A DNA stretch of 64,000 nt, from positions 6,451 to 70,450 of the forward strand of contig CAWABB010000008.1 of the NCBI GenBank assembly GCA_963780165.1, written 5' to 3'. A model generated the notes under the pieces. The model saw nothing but the letters and a program-made list of their open reading frames with translations. It was not told where the DNA came from and searched no databases. This stretch comes from an uncultured Ignavibacteria bacterium. GTDB lineage: Bacteria; Bacteroidota; Ignavibacteria; UBA10030; UBA6906. Shown piece after piece: positions 51,712-61,930 of this stretch (positions are counted from its first letter, which is position 1; each line of letters starts with the position of its first letter). Made by a program: the position numbers and the translations under genes.

Positions 51712-54700
51712 TGAAAACAACCAGCATATGCAGCCTCGCCATTCTGTTCACCGTCCTGACCGTCGGTGACGCAGCCGGCCAGAGCGGACGCGCGTACCGC
51801 CGGTCGGCGGTCATGAATGGCAATCAGGTGAGAACGGTGTTCGGCAACTGGGGCGTCATCGGACAACCATCCGACACCCGCCCGCGCGGAGCCTGGAGGA
51901 ACGACAACAACGGCTACCTCGGAGACGTGAGCCCGTTTGTCGGTGCCGAGGTACGGTGGGCCGACACGACGTTCAGGTCCGTGGTGACCTCTCCTGTCGA
52001 CCGGCCCACGGGACAACGAGACGAAAGTCCCGAGGGAGCCCCCTGGACCATGGAACCTGTCAACGGCTACTTCGGGCCGCCCCCCAATCAGAGCATCGCG
52101 CTCAGCAACGACAAGGCAACCTGGCCCGCCGAATGGCCCGACAAGATGTCGGACCCGAGCGATGCCGGGTGGAAAGGCTCGTGGAACGGCTACTTCGGCA
52201 AGAGGATCAGCGCCGACCTCGAGACGTACTTCGTGATGGACGACAACAACGACCTGCGTTTCAACGCTCGCGAACAACAATCCCCGGAGGATCGAGTTTC
52301 ATCCGGATTCCGTGAACCCGACGCGCAACGGACTCGGGCTGACCATCCGCGTGCGCGGTCTGCAGTGGGCGCAGTTCCTCGCGCAGGACAATATCTTCTG
52401 GCTGTATGAAATCGAAAACACGGGCACAACGATCTACGATCGCGTGGTGTTCGGCATGCTCGTCGGAACCTATGTGGGCGTCACAGGCAGCCAGGACGCC
52501 GCCCAGGAGTACAACGACGACTGGTCGTTCTACGATGTGAACGAAAACATCACCTACACCGGCGACTACGGCAAGAACACGGCCGGCAATCCCCGGTGGA
52601 ACCAGGACTTCCCGGTGGGCATGGTGGGGTATGCATTCCTCGAAAGCCCCGGCAACCCGTTCGATGGCATCGACAACGACGCGGACGGCGATTCTTCCTC
52701 CGTGGGGCAAACCTTTCCCGCAGTTCGCGGCGACGAGCTTCGACTCGTCAGTGATCACGCGCGGCCAGAGGATCGTCCTCATCCAGAACGACTTCACCCG
52801 GGTCTCCTACACGGTGCCTTCCCAGGATTCGGTGAAGATCTACACGCGCGGGATGAAGGACTCCATCTGGATCTACCCGGGGCGCACAAAGGTCGTCGAG
52901 GGGAACATCGTCCTGGATCAACTCGGCAACCAGGTGGTGAACAGGAACTCGTATGACGGCTTCGACAACGACTTCGATGGGCTCATTGACGAAAACCAGT
53001 TCCTTCACTATCGACAGTATAAGGTGAACAGGAACCCACCGCACCAGGTGCTGATCGACATCCTGCGGCCGGTGCGGTACATAGATCGGGTCTTCCCTCC
53101 TCCCGGCATCAACCCCACGGCGATGATCGACGAGCGCCGCGACGACGGCGTGGATAACGACGGTGACTGGAGCCTCGAGTTCGACGACGTCGGGCGCGAC
53201 GGCATCGGACCTACGGCGGTGAACTACCCGGGTCCGGATTTCGGCGAGTCTGACGGGGTCCCTACGTCCGGGTACGACCTCCTGGGGAACGACACCGGAC
53301 TGCCCGGCGAGCCGAACATCGACAAGACCGATGTCAACGAGTCGGACCAGATCGGGCTCTCCAGCTTCTACTACTTCACACCCGCGAACGTCGTGCGCCT
53401 CGGCGACGACGAAGAGCTCTGGAAGAATCTGGCGCCCGGTTTCTTTGACGTGCCGACGTCGATTTCCAACAACCGCCCCGTTGCGGGGGAGGACGGCGAC
53501 TTCATCTACGGGTCGGGCTATTTCCCGCTTCGTGCGAAATCGATCGAGCGGTTCTCGCTGGCGCTCGTCTACGGCGGCGGCAAGGGCGGCTCGGTCGATG
53601 AGGATATCGCCGACCTCCTGAAGAACAAGAAGACGGTGCAGCGGATCTACGACGCCAACTACCAGTTCCCGACGCCGCCGGAGAAGCCGACGCTGACGGC
53701 CGTTCCTGGAGACGGGCGGGTGACACTCTACTGGGACCGCGTCGCCGAAGAATCGGTGGATCCGGTGCTGCGCGTGAAGGACTTCGAAGGGTACAAGCTC
53801 TACAAGTCCACCGACCCCGACTTCAGCGACATCTTCACGATTACGGATGGAGCGGGGAACCCTCGCGGATACCGTCCGCTGGGTCAGTACGACATCAAGG
53901 ACGAGATCACGGGGTACTTCCGGCCATCGCAGGAGTTGTTCGAGGCGGCGCAGGGCTATTCGTTCTTCCTCGGCGATGACACGGGTCTGCAGCACACGTT
54001 CGTGGACAGCAATGTGGACAACGGGCGACGGTACTACTACGCAGTGGTCGCCTACGACCGCGGAGACGAAGAAACCGGGATCTTCCCCGGGGAGAACACG
54101 AAGCAGGTGAGCGTGCTCTCGACGGGCGAGGTGGTGGCCGACATCAATGTCGCGGTCGTCGTGCCGAACGCTCCCGTCGCAGGCTACGTCCCGCCGAAGG
54201 ATGCGATGCCGCTCTCGCACGTGGCAGGGCCTGCCACCGGCGATGCCACCTACAGCATCATCGATCAGACGCGTCTCACGGCCCACACGTACAGGGTGAC
54301 GTTCCTGGATTCGCAGATCGACGGGAAGGACAACAATGGGAATGGGCGTGCGGATGCCGCTGACACGCTGGAGTGGAATCGCCTCACGACCGCGTATTCG
54401 GTCCTCGATGAGACGCCGGTGAGCGAGGATTTCACCGGCGCGGACACGGCTCTTGTGACGCTCCAACGGAAGAACATCGTCCCGGGCAGCGAGGTCCTGA
54501 AGAATGCGGGCGGCGCAGTTGTGCCGGCCACGTCCTTTGCCATCAATTATGAGCGGGGCACGATTCAGGGGACCTCCGCCGGGAGCCTTCCCGCGGGGAC
54601 ATATACCCTGACGTACGTCTATTATCCGGTCTATCAGAGCCCCAACGTCCAGGGTTCCCCGTTCCTCGTCGAGAACACCGAGTCGGACATCTTCGACGGA

Positions 54701-55591
54701 GTATCGGTGAACTTCCGGAACTACTGGTACGTGAAAGATACGCTGTACACCGATGGCAGGCCTTCGGGCTGGGTCGGGCCAAACGCATACGTCATGAACT
54801 GGGGAGCGGCGAATTTCACGCTGGTGGCGCCGCCGCTGGTCGGCTATGCCCGGCCGGCCGATTATCAGATTCAATTCGCCGACGGGATCGTGGATACGTC
54901 GATCGCCGAGGGCCTCGACCCGTTCTACTTCCCGGGCCCGGTCCCCGTGAACTATCGCATCTTCAACACCACCGAACAGCGGTATGTCAAGTTCGCCCTC
55001 TTCGAGAACATCTTCGCTGATCCGCCCGCGACCCTCGGCAAGCTCTCTCCCGGAGATAATCTCATTCTCTTCGAAGAGGATCCCCGAGGTGTCCCGGCGC
55101 CGACCTGGCAGGTGTATGTCATCAACAAGGTGGGGGAGCCGGCGGATACGTTGTATACGCTGGGCGACGGGGACTTCTACATCCGTCAGACCACCAAGGC
55201 GTTCGCGGTCGGAGACACGTTGCGGCTCACGACCGGCCTGGCGGCCACTGATGCTGCGGTGGCACAGACGTCCCTGAACGACATCCGCGTTGTGCCAAAC
55301 CCGTACGTCACCGCGGCCTCGTTCGAGCAGCCGCTCCCGCCCGGCGTCACAAGCGGCAGGGGCGAGCGGAAGGTGGACTTCACCAACGTGCCGGCCGGCT
55401 CGACCATCAGGGTGTTCACGTCACGCGGCGACCATGTCGTCACCCTCCGGCACGATGGCGGGATCGAAAACGGGACGGTCTCCTGGAATCTCAGGACAAC
55501 CGAAAACCTGGACATCGCGTTCGGGGTCTACTTCTACGTCGTCGAATCCCCGGCGGGAACGAAGACCGGCAAACTAGCGATTATCAAGTAG
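51711..55591 (+). pseudogene. ~1290-aa secreted Ca-binding-repeat protein with T9SS-like C-terminus, interrupted by two +1 frame changes (pseudogene or sequence errors)
   Basis: Three consecutive ORFs (51711-52409, 52312-52956, 52631-55591) read as one protein if the frame is shifted near 52263-52290 and 52690-52705. Only the first has a start with a signal peptide (MKTTSICSLAILFTVLTVGDAAGQ). DNDxDG-type motifs are present (GIDNDADGD, GFDNDFDGLIDEN, GVDNDGDWS). C-terminus is VVPNPYV...YFYVVESPAGTKTGKLAIIK. Confidence 0.6.
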
Positions 55592-55600
55592 GAGCCAGCC

Positions 55601-56635
55601 ATGAAGACACTGAGCACTGTGAACATTGTCCGCCGGCTCTTGAGCGTCCTGATGATTCTCGCCGTGCCGGCAATCGGGGCCGCCCAGTCCAAAGTGGCGA
55701 CCACGGCAGGTCAATTCCTCGGCATCTCGGTCGGGCCGCGCGCCATCGCGATGGGAAGCGCCTATGTCGCCTCCAACGAGGACGCGACGTCGCTCTACTG
55801 GAATCCCGGAGCGTTTCAGAAAAACGCGCAGTCACAGGTTGTATTCTCCACCACGGGCTGGCTGGTCGACACCGATTTCCGGTGGGCCGGATTCCAGTAT
55901 TCACTCGATGCGGAAAACGCGATCGGCCTCAGCCTGACCCAGCTCGACTACGGCGAGGACGAGGTCACGACCGTGGCGAATCCGAACGGGACGGGTGAGC
56001 GCTGGTCGGCGCAGGATTTGTCTGTCGGCCTGAGCTATTGCAGGCGGCTGACGGACCGGTTCTCGATGGGCGGGACGCTGAAGTGGATCGAGCAGCGTGT
56101 GTATAACGAGAGCGCAAGCGCGGTGGCGTTCGATCTCGGCCTCCTCTTCATCACGGACTTCAACGACCTCCGTCTTGGCGTGGCGATGACGAATTTCGGC
56201 GGCGATCTGAAGATGGACGGACGGGATCTCCTTACCCCGGTTGATATCGATCCTGCAAACTCGGGATCGAACAAGTCCCTCGTGGGGTCGCTCAAGACCG
56301 ATGCCTGGCCACTTCCATTGGCGTTCAGGGTTGGCGTTGCCATGGACGCGTATCAGGACAACCAGTTCCGGGTCACGGTCGCGGCGGACGCCATCCTCCC
56401 GAACGACAATGAAGCGGGCGTCAACGCGGGAGCCGAGGTGGGATGGAGCGACCTCCTCTTCCTGCGCGGCGGCTACAAGTCGATCGTCGGGGGCGAGACC
56501 GAGGAGACCTTCTCCCTGGGGGCGGGGCTGAAGTATCGCGTTGAAGGATTCGCGACCCTGCAGGTGGACTATGCGTTCACCGAGTTCGGGGTCTTTGGAA
56601 ACCTGAACACATTCGCGCTTTCCATTGGATTCTGA
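55601..56635 (+). CDS. PorV/PorQ-like outer-membrane beta-barrel protein
   Basis: Signal peptide, an N-terminal motif FLGISVGPRAIAMGSAYVASNEDATSLYWNPGA resembling PorV/LptO family proteins, alternating beta-strand pattern and a terminal aromatic residue (..LSIGF). AGGAG Shine-Dalgarno. Confidence 0.55.
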   Translation: MKTLSTVNIVRRLLSVLMILAVPAIGAAQSKVATTAGQFLGISVGPRAIAMGSAYVASNEDATSLYWNPGAFQKNAQSQVVFSTTGWLVDTDFRWAGFQYSLDAENAIGLSLTQLDYGEDEVTTVANPNGTGERWSAQDLSVGLSYCRRLTDRFSMGGTLKWIEQRVYNESASAVAFDLGLLFITDFNDLRLGVAMTNFGGDLKMDGRDLLTPVDIDPANSGSNKSLVGSLKTDAWPLPLAFRVGVAMDAYQDNQFRVTVAADAILPNDNEAGVNAGAEVGWSDLLFLRGGYKSIVGGETEETFSLGAGLKYRVEGFATLQVDYAFTEFGVFGNLNTFALSIGF

Positions 56636-56752
56636 GGAAGGGGGTTTAGGCCGATCACCGAACCAGAACAGTAGAGAGGGGGGAGCGGGCACAGACTAAC
56701 ATGGTATAGCCAAAGACGTTACACGTCCTCCGCCGAAGGGGCTGGGGGGGGC

Positions 56753-56781
56753 TTGCATTGACGGCAGGATTTTCGTATGTA
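56753..56781 (+). promoter_or_regulatory. Candidate promoter for the BNR/CBM-like gene (TTGCAT-N17-TATGTA)
   Basis: TTGCAT at 56753-56758 and TATGTA at 56776-56781, in a 215-nt lower-GC spacer 70 nt upstream of the ATG at 56851. Confidence 0.35.
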
Positions 56782-56850
56782 TTGAGGTTAGCCTGACCTT
56801 CCTGCAATTCGCTTCACATTTCACATCAATCAATACAAACGGGGTACCAT

Positions 56851-59800
56851 ATGCGCAAATTGCTTCTGGGCATGCTGTTCCTCGTCCTTGCCGGCGGGCT
56901 CGTTTTTGCCGCCGATCGGGTCGAGAAGCCTAAGGCCACTGCACCCGCGCTCGCGCAATCGGCTGCACCCAATGCCACCGGGCCGGGCTGGTACAAGCTT
57001 CCCGCGCTCCTGAACGGGACGCAAAACTGGCTCAAAGTGCAGTACGATGCCGACGCACTGTGGATTTACGGGTATCGCGGCAGCTCTCCCCGCGAGCCCA
57101 AGCTGTGGAGATCCACAGACAACGGATACAACTGGACCAGCTCGACTCCAAGCACGGTCCGGGGGATTTTCTCTGCCGCCAACAAGGACGTCGCGCTGTA
57201 CGCGACATTCGACGGCAAGATACTCAAGAGCACCGACAGTGGCGCGACCTTCACCCAGACCTATGTGTACGGCGACGGCTCGGGGTTCTTTGATGCGATG
57301 TCGTTCATCGATCAGACCACAGCTGTTGCAATCGGCGATGCGGTGCAGGATATTAACGGCAACTGGACTGGTCCTCATATCATCCGCAGCACCGACGCAG
57401 GCGACACATGGACCGTGATCGATCCTCCCGCCCTGACTGCCGGCGGCGAGTGGTACGCGACGGCTTCGTACGGTGGCCACATTATGGCCGTGGTCGGAAA
57501 CGAGATCTGGGCCGACCTGTATCCGGGCTCGGGACAGTCTGTCATCGTCCACAGTACTGATGCCGGTGCCACATGGGATGCGTGGACGGTGGAAATCCCT
57601 GGTGCAGTTGATCAGGCCAACGACTTCCGCTCGCTCTTCTTCGCGGATGCCCTTGTGGGGTACGGGACCGACTTTTCCCCCGACGGCGTCGAGACGAACT
57701 ACTGGTACAAGACCACCGATGGCGGACACACATGGACAGGCCCGCTGAAGATCGACGACGCGGCTCCCCAGGCTGACCAGCAGGTCTACTCCGTTCGTCC
57801 GATTAGCGGCACGAACATCCTCGTTGCCACCGGCGAGAACCCGACTGCAGGGAAGGGAGCTTCCTGGTGGTCGACTGACAATGGCACCTCCTGGACTCCG
57901 CTCCGGACTCCCGGCGGCCGCCTCTACAACTCGCACTTCAAGTCCGAAACGGAAGGCTTCGCGGTTGGTGTTTCGAACGCCGTTCGCTTCACGCTGAAGG
58001 GCGCATCTGCGGTGACGTTCACGGTCAACTCTGCGACGGTTCCCGACACGCTTCCGGTGGCGGGGCAGACGATGCAGATCCGCGGCGGCACGGGCGGTAC
58101 CGATGATGGCATTTCTCCCATCACGTGGGGCAATGACCTTCAGAACAACATGACCCGCGTCGGCGGCGATTACTGGTCCAAGACCCTCGATGTCCAGGTT
58201 GGCGACACGCTCCGCTACAAGTATGTCGTCGCCTATCCCACCGGCACCGGTTGGGAGCAGGGCGTCGATCCGGAAGGTCACAGTGACGGTCCGAACAGCA
58301 ACCGGTTCGTCGTCGCGACCGAAGCCGACACGACGGTTGCCGTCGAGTTCTGGAACAACGGCGCGAATGATCGTGCGCAGTTCTTCCGTCCGTGGGATCC
58401 GGTGGCTGACAACTTCATGAACGTCTATTTCCGCGTCAGCATGAGCGGCCCGATGAGCACCGGGGCGCACGGCTTCAATCCGGATGTCGACGGCGTCGGC
58501 ATTCGCGGCGGATACACGCCGACCGGCTGGGATGCGACGTACTTCCTGACTCGCGAATCGCCGGCCACGAACGGTGACGGTTACACCATTGCCGCCAACA
58601 CGTTCTGGTCAGGCCGCCTCGCGCTCGACAAGAGCACGATCACGGAAGGGCAGAATATCCAGTACAAGTTCCTCATCGGCGACGCATGGGGCCGGGACGA
58701 AACCGATCTCGGGGGCAACCGTTCGTTCAACGTCCCCGCCGGCTTCAAGGACACGACGCTGGCGTGGGTGTTCTTCAACAACGAACGCCCGACGGGTCGT
58801 GCCAATAGCGATACGATGATCGTCACCTTCCGCGCCAACCTGGCGAAGGCGGCATCCAGCGGCGGATTCACCGTCGGCGTGGACACCCTCCAGGTCCAGA
58901 CGGGCTGGTTCGGAACATCCACGCAGGTGGGCCGTGCAAAGAACATGCAGCAGGTTATCGGCTCGATTTACCAGGTCACGGATACCATCGTGACCTCGAA
59001 GGGCCAGCTGCTGGACTACCAGTACTACGTCTATCGCAACGGTCAGACCGTCCGCGAGTCGTACTACAACTACAGCTGGGCCGGTTCGATCCAGAGCGAA
59101 GCGGAGCGGCGCCAGACTCTGGTTCCCGCGACGGGGACCGCATTCACCGTCCTCGACACCGCCACGAGCGTGACGCAGGATAGGCGCCAGCCTCAGTTCG
59201 CGAACAGCCGCCGCCTTGCGCAGAACGTGCTCGTGACGTGGACTGTGGACCTCCGTCCGGCGATCTACCAGGTGCTCAAGGGCGACACGCTGAACGATAT
59301 CCAGGGTGATTTCGACATCACGCCGGCGGATGTGAATTCGCTCCTCGGCTGGGGCGTCTGGATCAACGGCCCCGCAACCGGCGGCTGGACGACCTGGGGT
59401 TCAACGCTGAACACGACTGATGATAAGAAGATGTATGACGACGGAACCAATGGCGACCTTGTTGCCGGCGACTCCATCTTCACACGTCAGATCCTCGCAT
59501 CGCCTGACAGCGTCCTTATCGGCGATAAGAGCGTCGTCGGCCAGACCTTCAAGTATGGCATCCGCGGCGGCGACAACGAGGGCGGCAGTGGTGGATTCGG
59601 GAACAACCACACCGAGAACATCATTGACACCGCGCCCACGTATACGCTCGAGACGCAGTTCGGGAGCATCAACCCGGCGTTCTACGATGCCTGGGACTAC
59701 GACACTGGCACCCCGATCACAGGCGTGATCGACGAGAACCAGCCGCTGGTGTTCTCGCTGGCTCAGAACTACCCGAACCCCTTCAACCCCTCGACCCGGA

Positions 59801-60009
59801 TCGAGTATTCGATTCCGAACCAGTCGAAGGTCGTGCTGAAGGTGTACAACCTGGTCGGTCAGGAAGTCGCGACGCTCGTGAACGACGTGCTTCCGGCCGG
59901 CATACATAGCGTCCGCTTTGACGCGAACAAGCTCGCCACCGGCTTCTATGTGTACCGTCTGTCGGCAGGCGACTTCACCAGCGTCAAGAAGATGTTGCTC
60001 CTGAAGTAA
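56851..60009 (+). CDS. Secreted BNR/Asp-box beta-propeller protein with four CBM-like beta-sandwich modules and a T9SS C-terminal sorting domain
   Basis: Six Asp-box motifs (STDNGYNWT, STDSGATFT, STDAGDTWT, STDAGATWD, TTDGGHTWT, STDNGTSWT), repeated modules ending in YKY/YKF/YQYY-type strands, and C-terminal LAQNYPNPFNPSTRIEYSIP...FYVYRLSAGDFTSVKKMLLLK. Confidence 0.8.
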   Translation: MRKLLLGMLFLVLAGGLVFAADRVEKPKATAPALAQSAAPNATGPGWYKLPALLNGTQNWLKVQYDADALWIYGYRGSSPREPKLWRSTDNGYNWTSSTPSTVRGIFSAANKDVALYATFDGKILKSTDSGATFTQTYVYGDGSGFFDAMSFIDQTTAVAIGDAVQDINGNWTGPHIIRSTDAGDTWTVIDPPALTAGGEWYATASYGGHIMAVVGNEIWADLYPGSGQSVIVHSTDAGATWDAWTVEIPGAVDQANDFRSLFFADALVGYGTDFSPDGVETNYWYKTTDGGHTWTGPLKIDDAAPQADQQVYSVRPISGTNILVATGENPTAGKGASWWSTDNGTSWTPLRTPGGRLYNSHFKSETEGFAVGVSNAVRFTLKGASAVTFTVNSATVPDTLPVAGQTMQIRGGTGGTDDGISPITWGNDLQNNMTRVGGDYWSKTLDVQVGDTLRYKYVVAYPTGTGWEQGVDPEGHSDGPNSNRFVVATEADTTVAVEFWNNGANDRAQFFRPWDPVADNFMNVYFRVSMSGPMSTGAHGFNPDVDGVGIRGGYTPTGWDATYFLTRESPATNGDGYTIAANTFWSGRLALDKSTITEGQNIQYKFLIGDAWGRDETDLGGNRSFNVPAGFKDTTLAWVFFNNERPTGRANSDTMIVTFRANLAKAASSGGFTVGVDTLQVQTGWFGTSTQVGRAKNMQQVIGSIYQVTDTIVTSKGQLLDYQYYVYRNGQTVRESYYNYSWAGSIQSEAERRQTLVPATGTAFTVLDTATSVTQDRRQPQFANSRRLAQNVLVTWTVDLRPAIYQVLKGDTLNDIQGDFDITPADVNSLLGWGVWINGPATGGWTTWGSTLNTTDDKKMYDDGTNGDLVAGDSIFTRQILASPDSVLIGDKSVVGQTFKYGIRGGDNEGGSGGFGNNHTENIIDTAPTYTLETQFGSINPAFYDAWDYDTGTPITGVIDENQPLVFSLAQNYPNPFNPSTRIEYSIPNQSKVVLKVYNLVGQEVATLVNDVLPAGIHSVRFDANKLATGFYVYRLSAGDFTSVKKMLLLK

Positions 60010-60034
60010 GGCGACATCATCATCTGGTACTCAT

Positions 60035-60061
60035 GGCGGTCCCGGCTTCGCCGGGACCGCC
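60035..60061 (+). terminator. Rho-independent-type terminator hairpin after the BNR/CBM-like gene
   Basis: GGCGGTCCCGG-cttcg-CCGGGACCGCC (11-bp GC-rich stem) lies 25 nt after the stop and is followed by GTGCGTTTA. Confidence 0.6.
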
Positions 60062-60087
60062 GTGCGTTTATCCCCATCAGTACCTCT

Positions 60088-61923
60088 ATGCGCTTCGACA
60101 TTCGCCGATTCCGTACGCTGCTTCTTGCCCTCGCGCTCTGTGGGGTCTTCGCCAGGGCGGCCGATCAGGAGGAACCCATCCTCGGCCGCGCCGGCGAGGC
60201 GCCGATCACCGAACGGGCATTCCGGGAACGGTTCGAGCTTACGCCGGGACTCTACCGGCAACGGGGGGCCCGGCTTGAGACCGACAAGCAGGAAGTCCTG
60301 TATTCAATGATTGCCGAGAAGCTGCTCGCAGAGGAAGCCCTCGCGCGGCGTCTCGACGCGGATTCGTTGTATCAACGGGCGATCTCAGAGGTCACCAAGC
60401 TGCTGGCGCGAGACGCCCTCTATCGCCGTGAAGTGTCCGACAAGGTTGTCATCACCGACGCTGAGCTGCAGCGAGGCATTCGCCGCGCCCGGAAAGAGCT
60501 GCGGGTCAGATTTCTCTTCCTCGAGGATTCCTCGGACGCGGCATTCATCAGATCCCGTATGGCCTCCGCGTCCGACTTCGACAGGGTCTCCCTCGACTCC
60601 ACGATCAGCGCCTACCGTGACACGGCCACCATCCTGTGGGGTGACGCAGACACGACAATCGAGGAATCGGCGTACTCCCTTGCCAGGGGTGCCGTCTCGA
60701 AGCCACTGGCTGCGGGTCAGGGCTACTACATCATGACCATCGAGCAGTCTTCGCCGAATCCGCGGTTTGCGTCGTTGGACGCGGCGACGCAGCGTGCGCA
60801 GGTGCTTTCAGTCCTGCGCAGGAGAAAAGAGCAGGTCCGGACGGCCGAGTACCTGCGGACGACGCTGAGGGAAGGGTCCGCATACTCGCCGCCTTCGACG
60901 TTCAGCACGTTCGCACGCCAGGTGGGAGAAGTGTTCGCGGAGAAGGGGAGCAGCGATCCGAAGGGAGCGCAGCTGACCACCGAGATGGGCGAGCAGGTGC
61001 GGCTGCGCTGCTCGACGATTCTTGCCGATACCATCCTCGTCGCCGGATCGACGGCGTGGAACGTGAACCAGGTGACGGATCTTCTCGTGCAAAGAGGGTT
61101 TGTTATCGCCGGCGACGCGAAACGCCGTGCCGCCCGCCGCCTCTATGACGTCTTCTGGGAGTGGTCGTCCCAGGAGCTTCTTGCACAGGAAGCCCTGAGG
61201 AGGGGACTGGACAGGTCGCCCGAGGTGCAACGCGATCTGGCTCCCTGGAAGGACCACTACCTCGCGGCCATGATGAAGGCGCGGGCGGTGGCAGGAACCG
61301 ACGTCACCGACGAAGAGGTCTATCGCTACCTGGCGGGCAGGGATACCGCTGCGCCGATGCCGCGGGTCAAAGTGCGCGAGCTGCGCACGGCCACGCTCGA
61401 TGCCATGAGCGAGGCGCTGTCCGCACTCGAGGAGGGTATGCCGTTCGAAGCGGTAGTGCAGCGATGGACGTCCGATTCCGAAGCCCGGGCGGCAAGGGGA
61501 GTGACGCCGTTCTTCGCGATCACTGATCGCCAGCCGGTCGGGATGCTGGCCGCACGACTCCAGGTCGGAGAACGCTACGGACCTGTCCGGGATTCGACGG
61601 GCTATGTGTACTTCGAACTGTTGGAGAAAAGGAACTCGGCCGATCCGGGCGACACGACCGCCGCGGCGAAATTCCGGGATGCCCGCGCTGAGCTGATGTC
61701 TCTCAAGGCGCGGCGCCAGGTGTCGCTCTTTCTCGCGAAAGCAGGACAGGAGCGCGGCTTCGAAGCGTATACCGACCGGTTGAGTCAGGTGAAGGTCAGC
61801 AACGTTCCGATGCTCACATACAGGTTCCTCGGGTTCGGAGGCAGAATGTTCGCCGTTCCATTCGTTGATCCGCAGGTTGAGTGGCTCACGCTCGAGGCCC
61901 CGTCCGACCTTGTCGTCCCCTGA
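60088..61923 (+). CDS. Putative periplasmic SurA/PpiD-like chaperone (degenerate parvulin-type domain)
   Basis: Signal peptide (LLLALALCGVFARA), a SurA-N-like helical region (ITERAFRERFELTPG..VLYSMIAEKLLAEEA) and two parvulin-like segments. No clear catalytic motif recognised. Confidence 0.4.
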   Translation: MRFDIRRFRTLLLALALCGVFARAADQEEPILGRAGEAPITERAFRERFELTPGLYRQRGARLETDKQEVLYSMIAEKLLAEEALARRLDADSLYQRAISEVTKLLARDALYRREVSDKVVITDAELQRGIRRARKELRVRFLFLEDSSDAAFIRSRMASASDFDRVSLDSTISAYRDTATILWGDADTTIEESAYSLARGAVSKPLAAGQGYYIMTIEQSSPNPRFASLDAATQRAQVLSVLRRRKEQVRTAEYLRTTLREGSAYSPPSTFSTFARQVGEVFAEKGSSDPKGAQLTTEMGEQVRLRCSTILADTILVAGSTAWNVNQVTDLLVQRGFVIAGDAKRRAARRLYDVFWEWSSQELLAQEALRRGLDRSPEVQRDLAPWKDHYLAAMMKARAVAGTDVTDEEVYRYLAGRDTAAPMPRVKVRELRTATLDAMSEALSALEEGMPFEAVVQRWTSDSEARAARGVTPFFAITDRQPVGMLAARLQVGERYGPVRDSTGYVYFELLEKRNSADPGDTTAAAKFRDARAELMSLKARRQVSLFLAKAGQERGFEAYTDRLSQVKVSNVPMLTYRFLGFGGRMFAVPFVDPQVEWLTLEAPSDLVVP

Positions 61924-61930
61924 TCCCGCC

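Noticed and set aside
52748-54874. 708-aa minus-strand ORF, with similar ones at 56830-58470 (-), 48868-50226 (-), 47434-48828 (-), 41206-42648 (-), 60808-62067 (-), 25526-26656 (-), 32686-34059 (+) and 35850-37037 (-)
   Set aside because: These are shadow ORFs of the same kind. Each overlaps a well-supported gene on the other strand or in another frame, lacks a plausible start context and has R/G/P/D/V-rich composition without domains.
56744-56751. G8 tract immediately upstream of the -35 candidate of the BNR/CBM-like gene, considered as a phase-variable promoter element
   Set aside because: The tract lies outside the -35/-10 spacer, so length changes would not alter promoter geometry. The window gives no evidence of heterogeneity.
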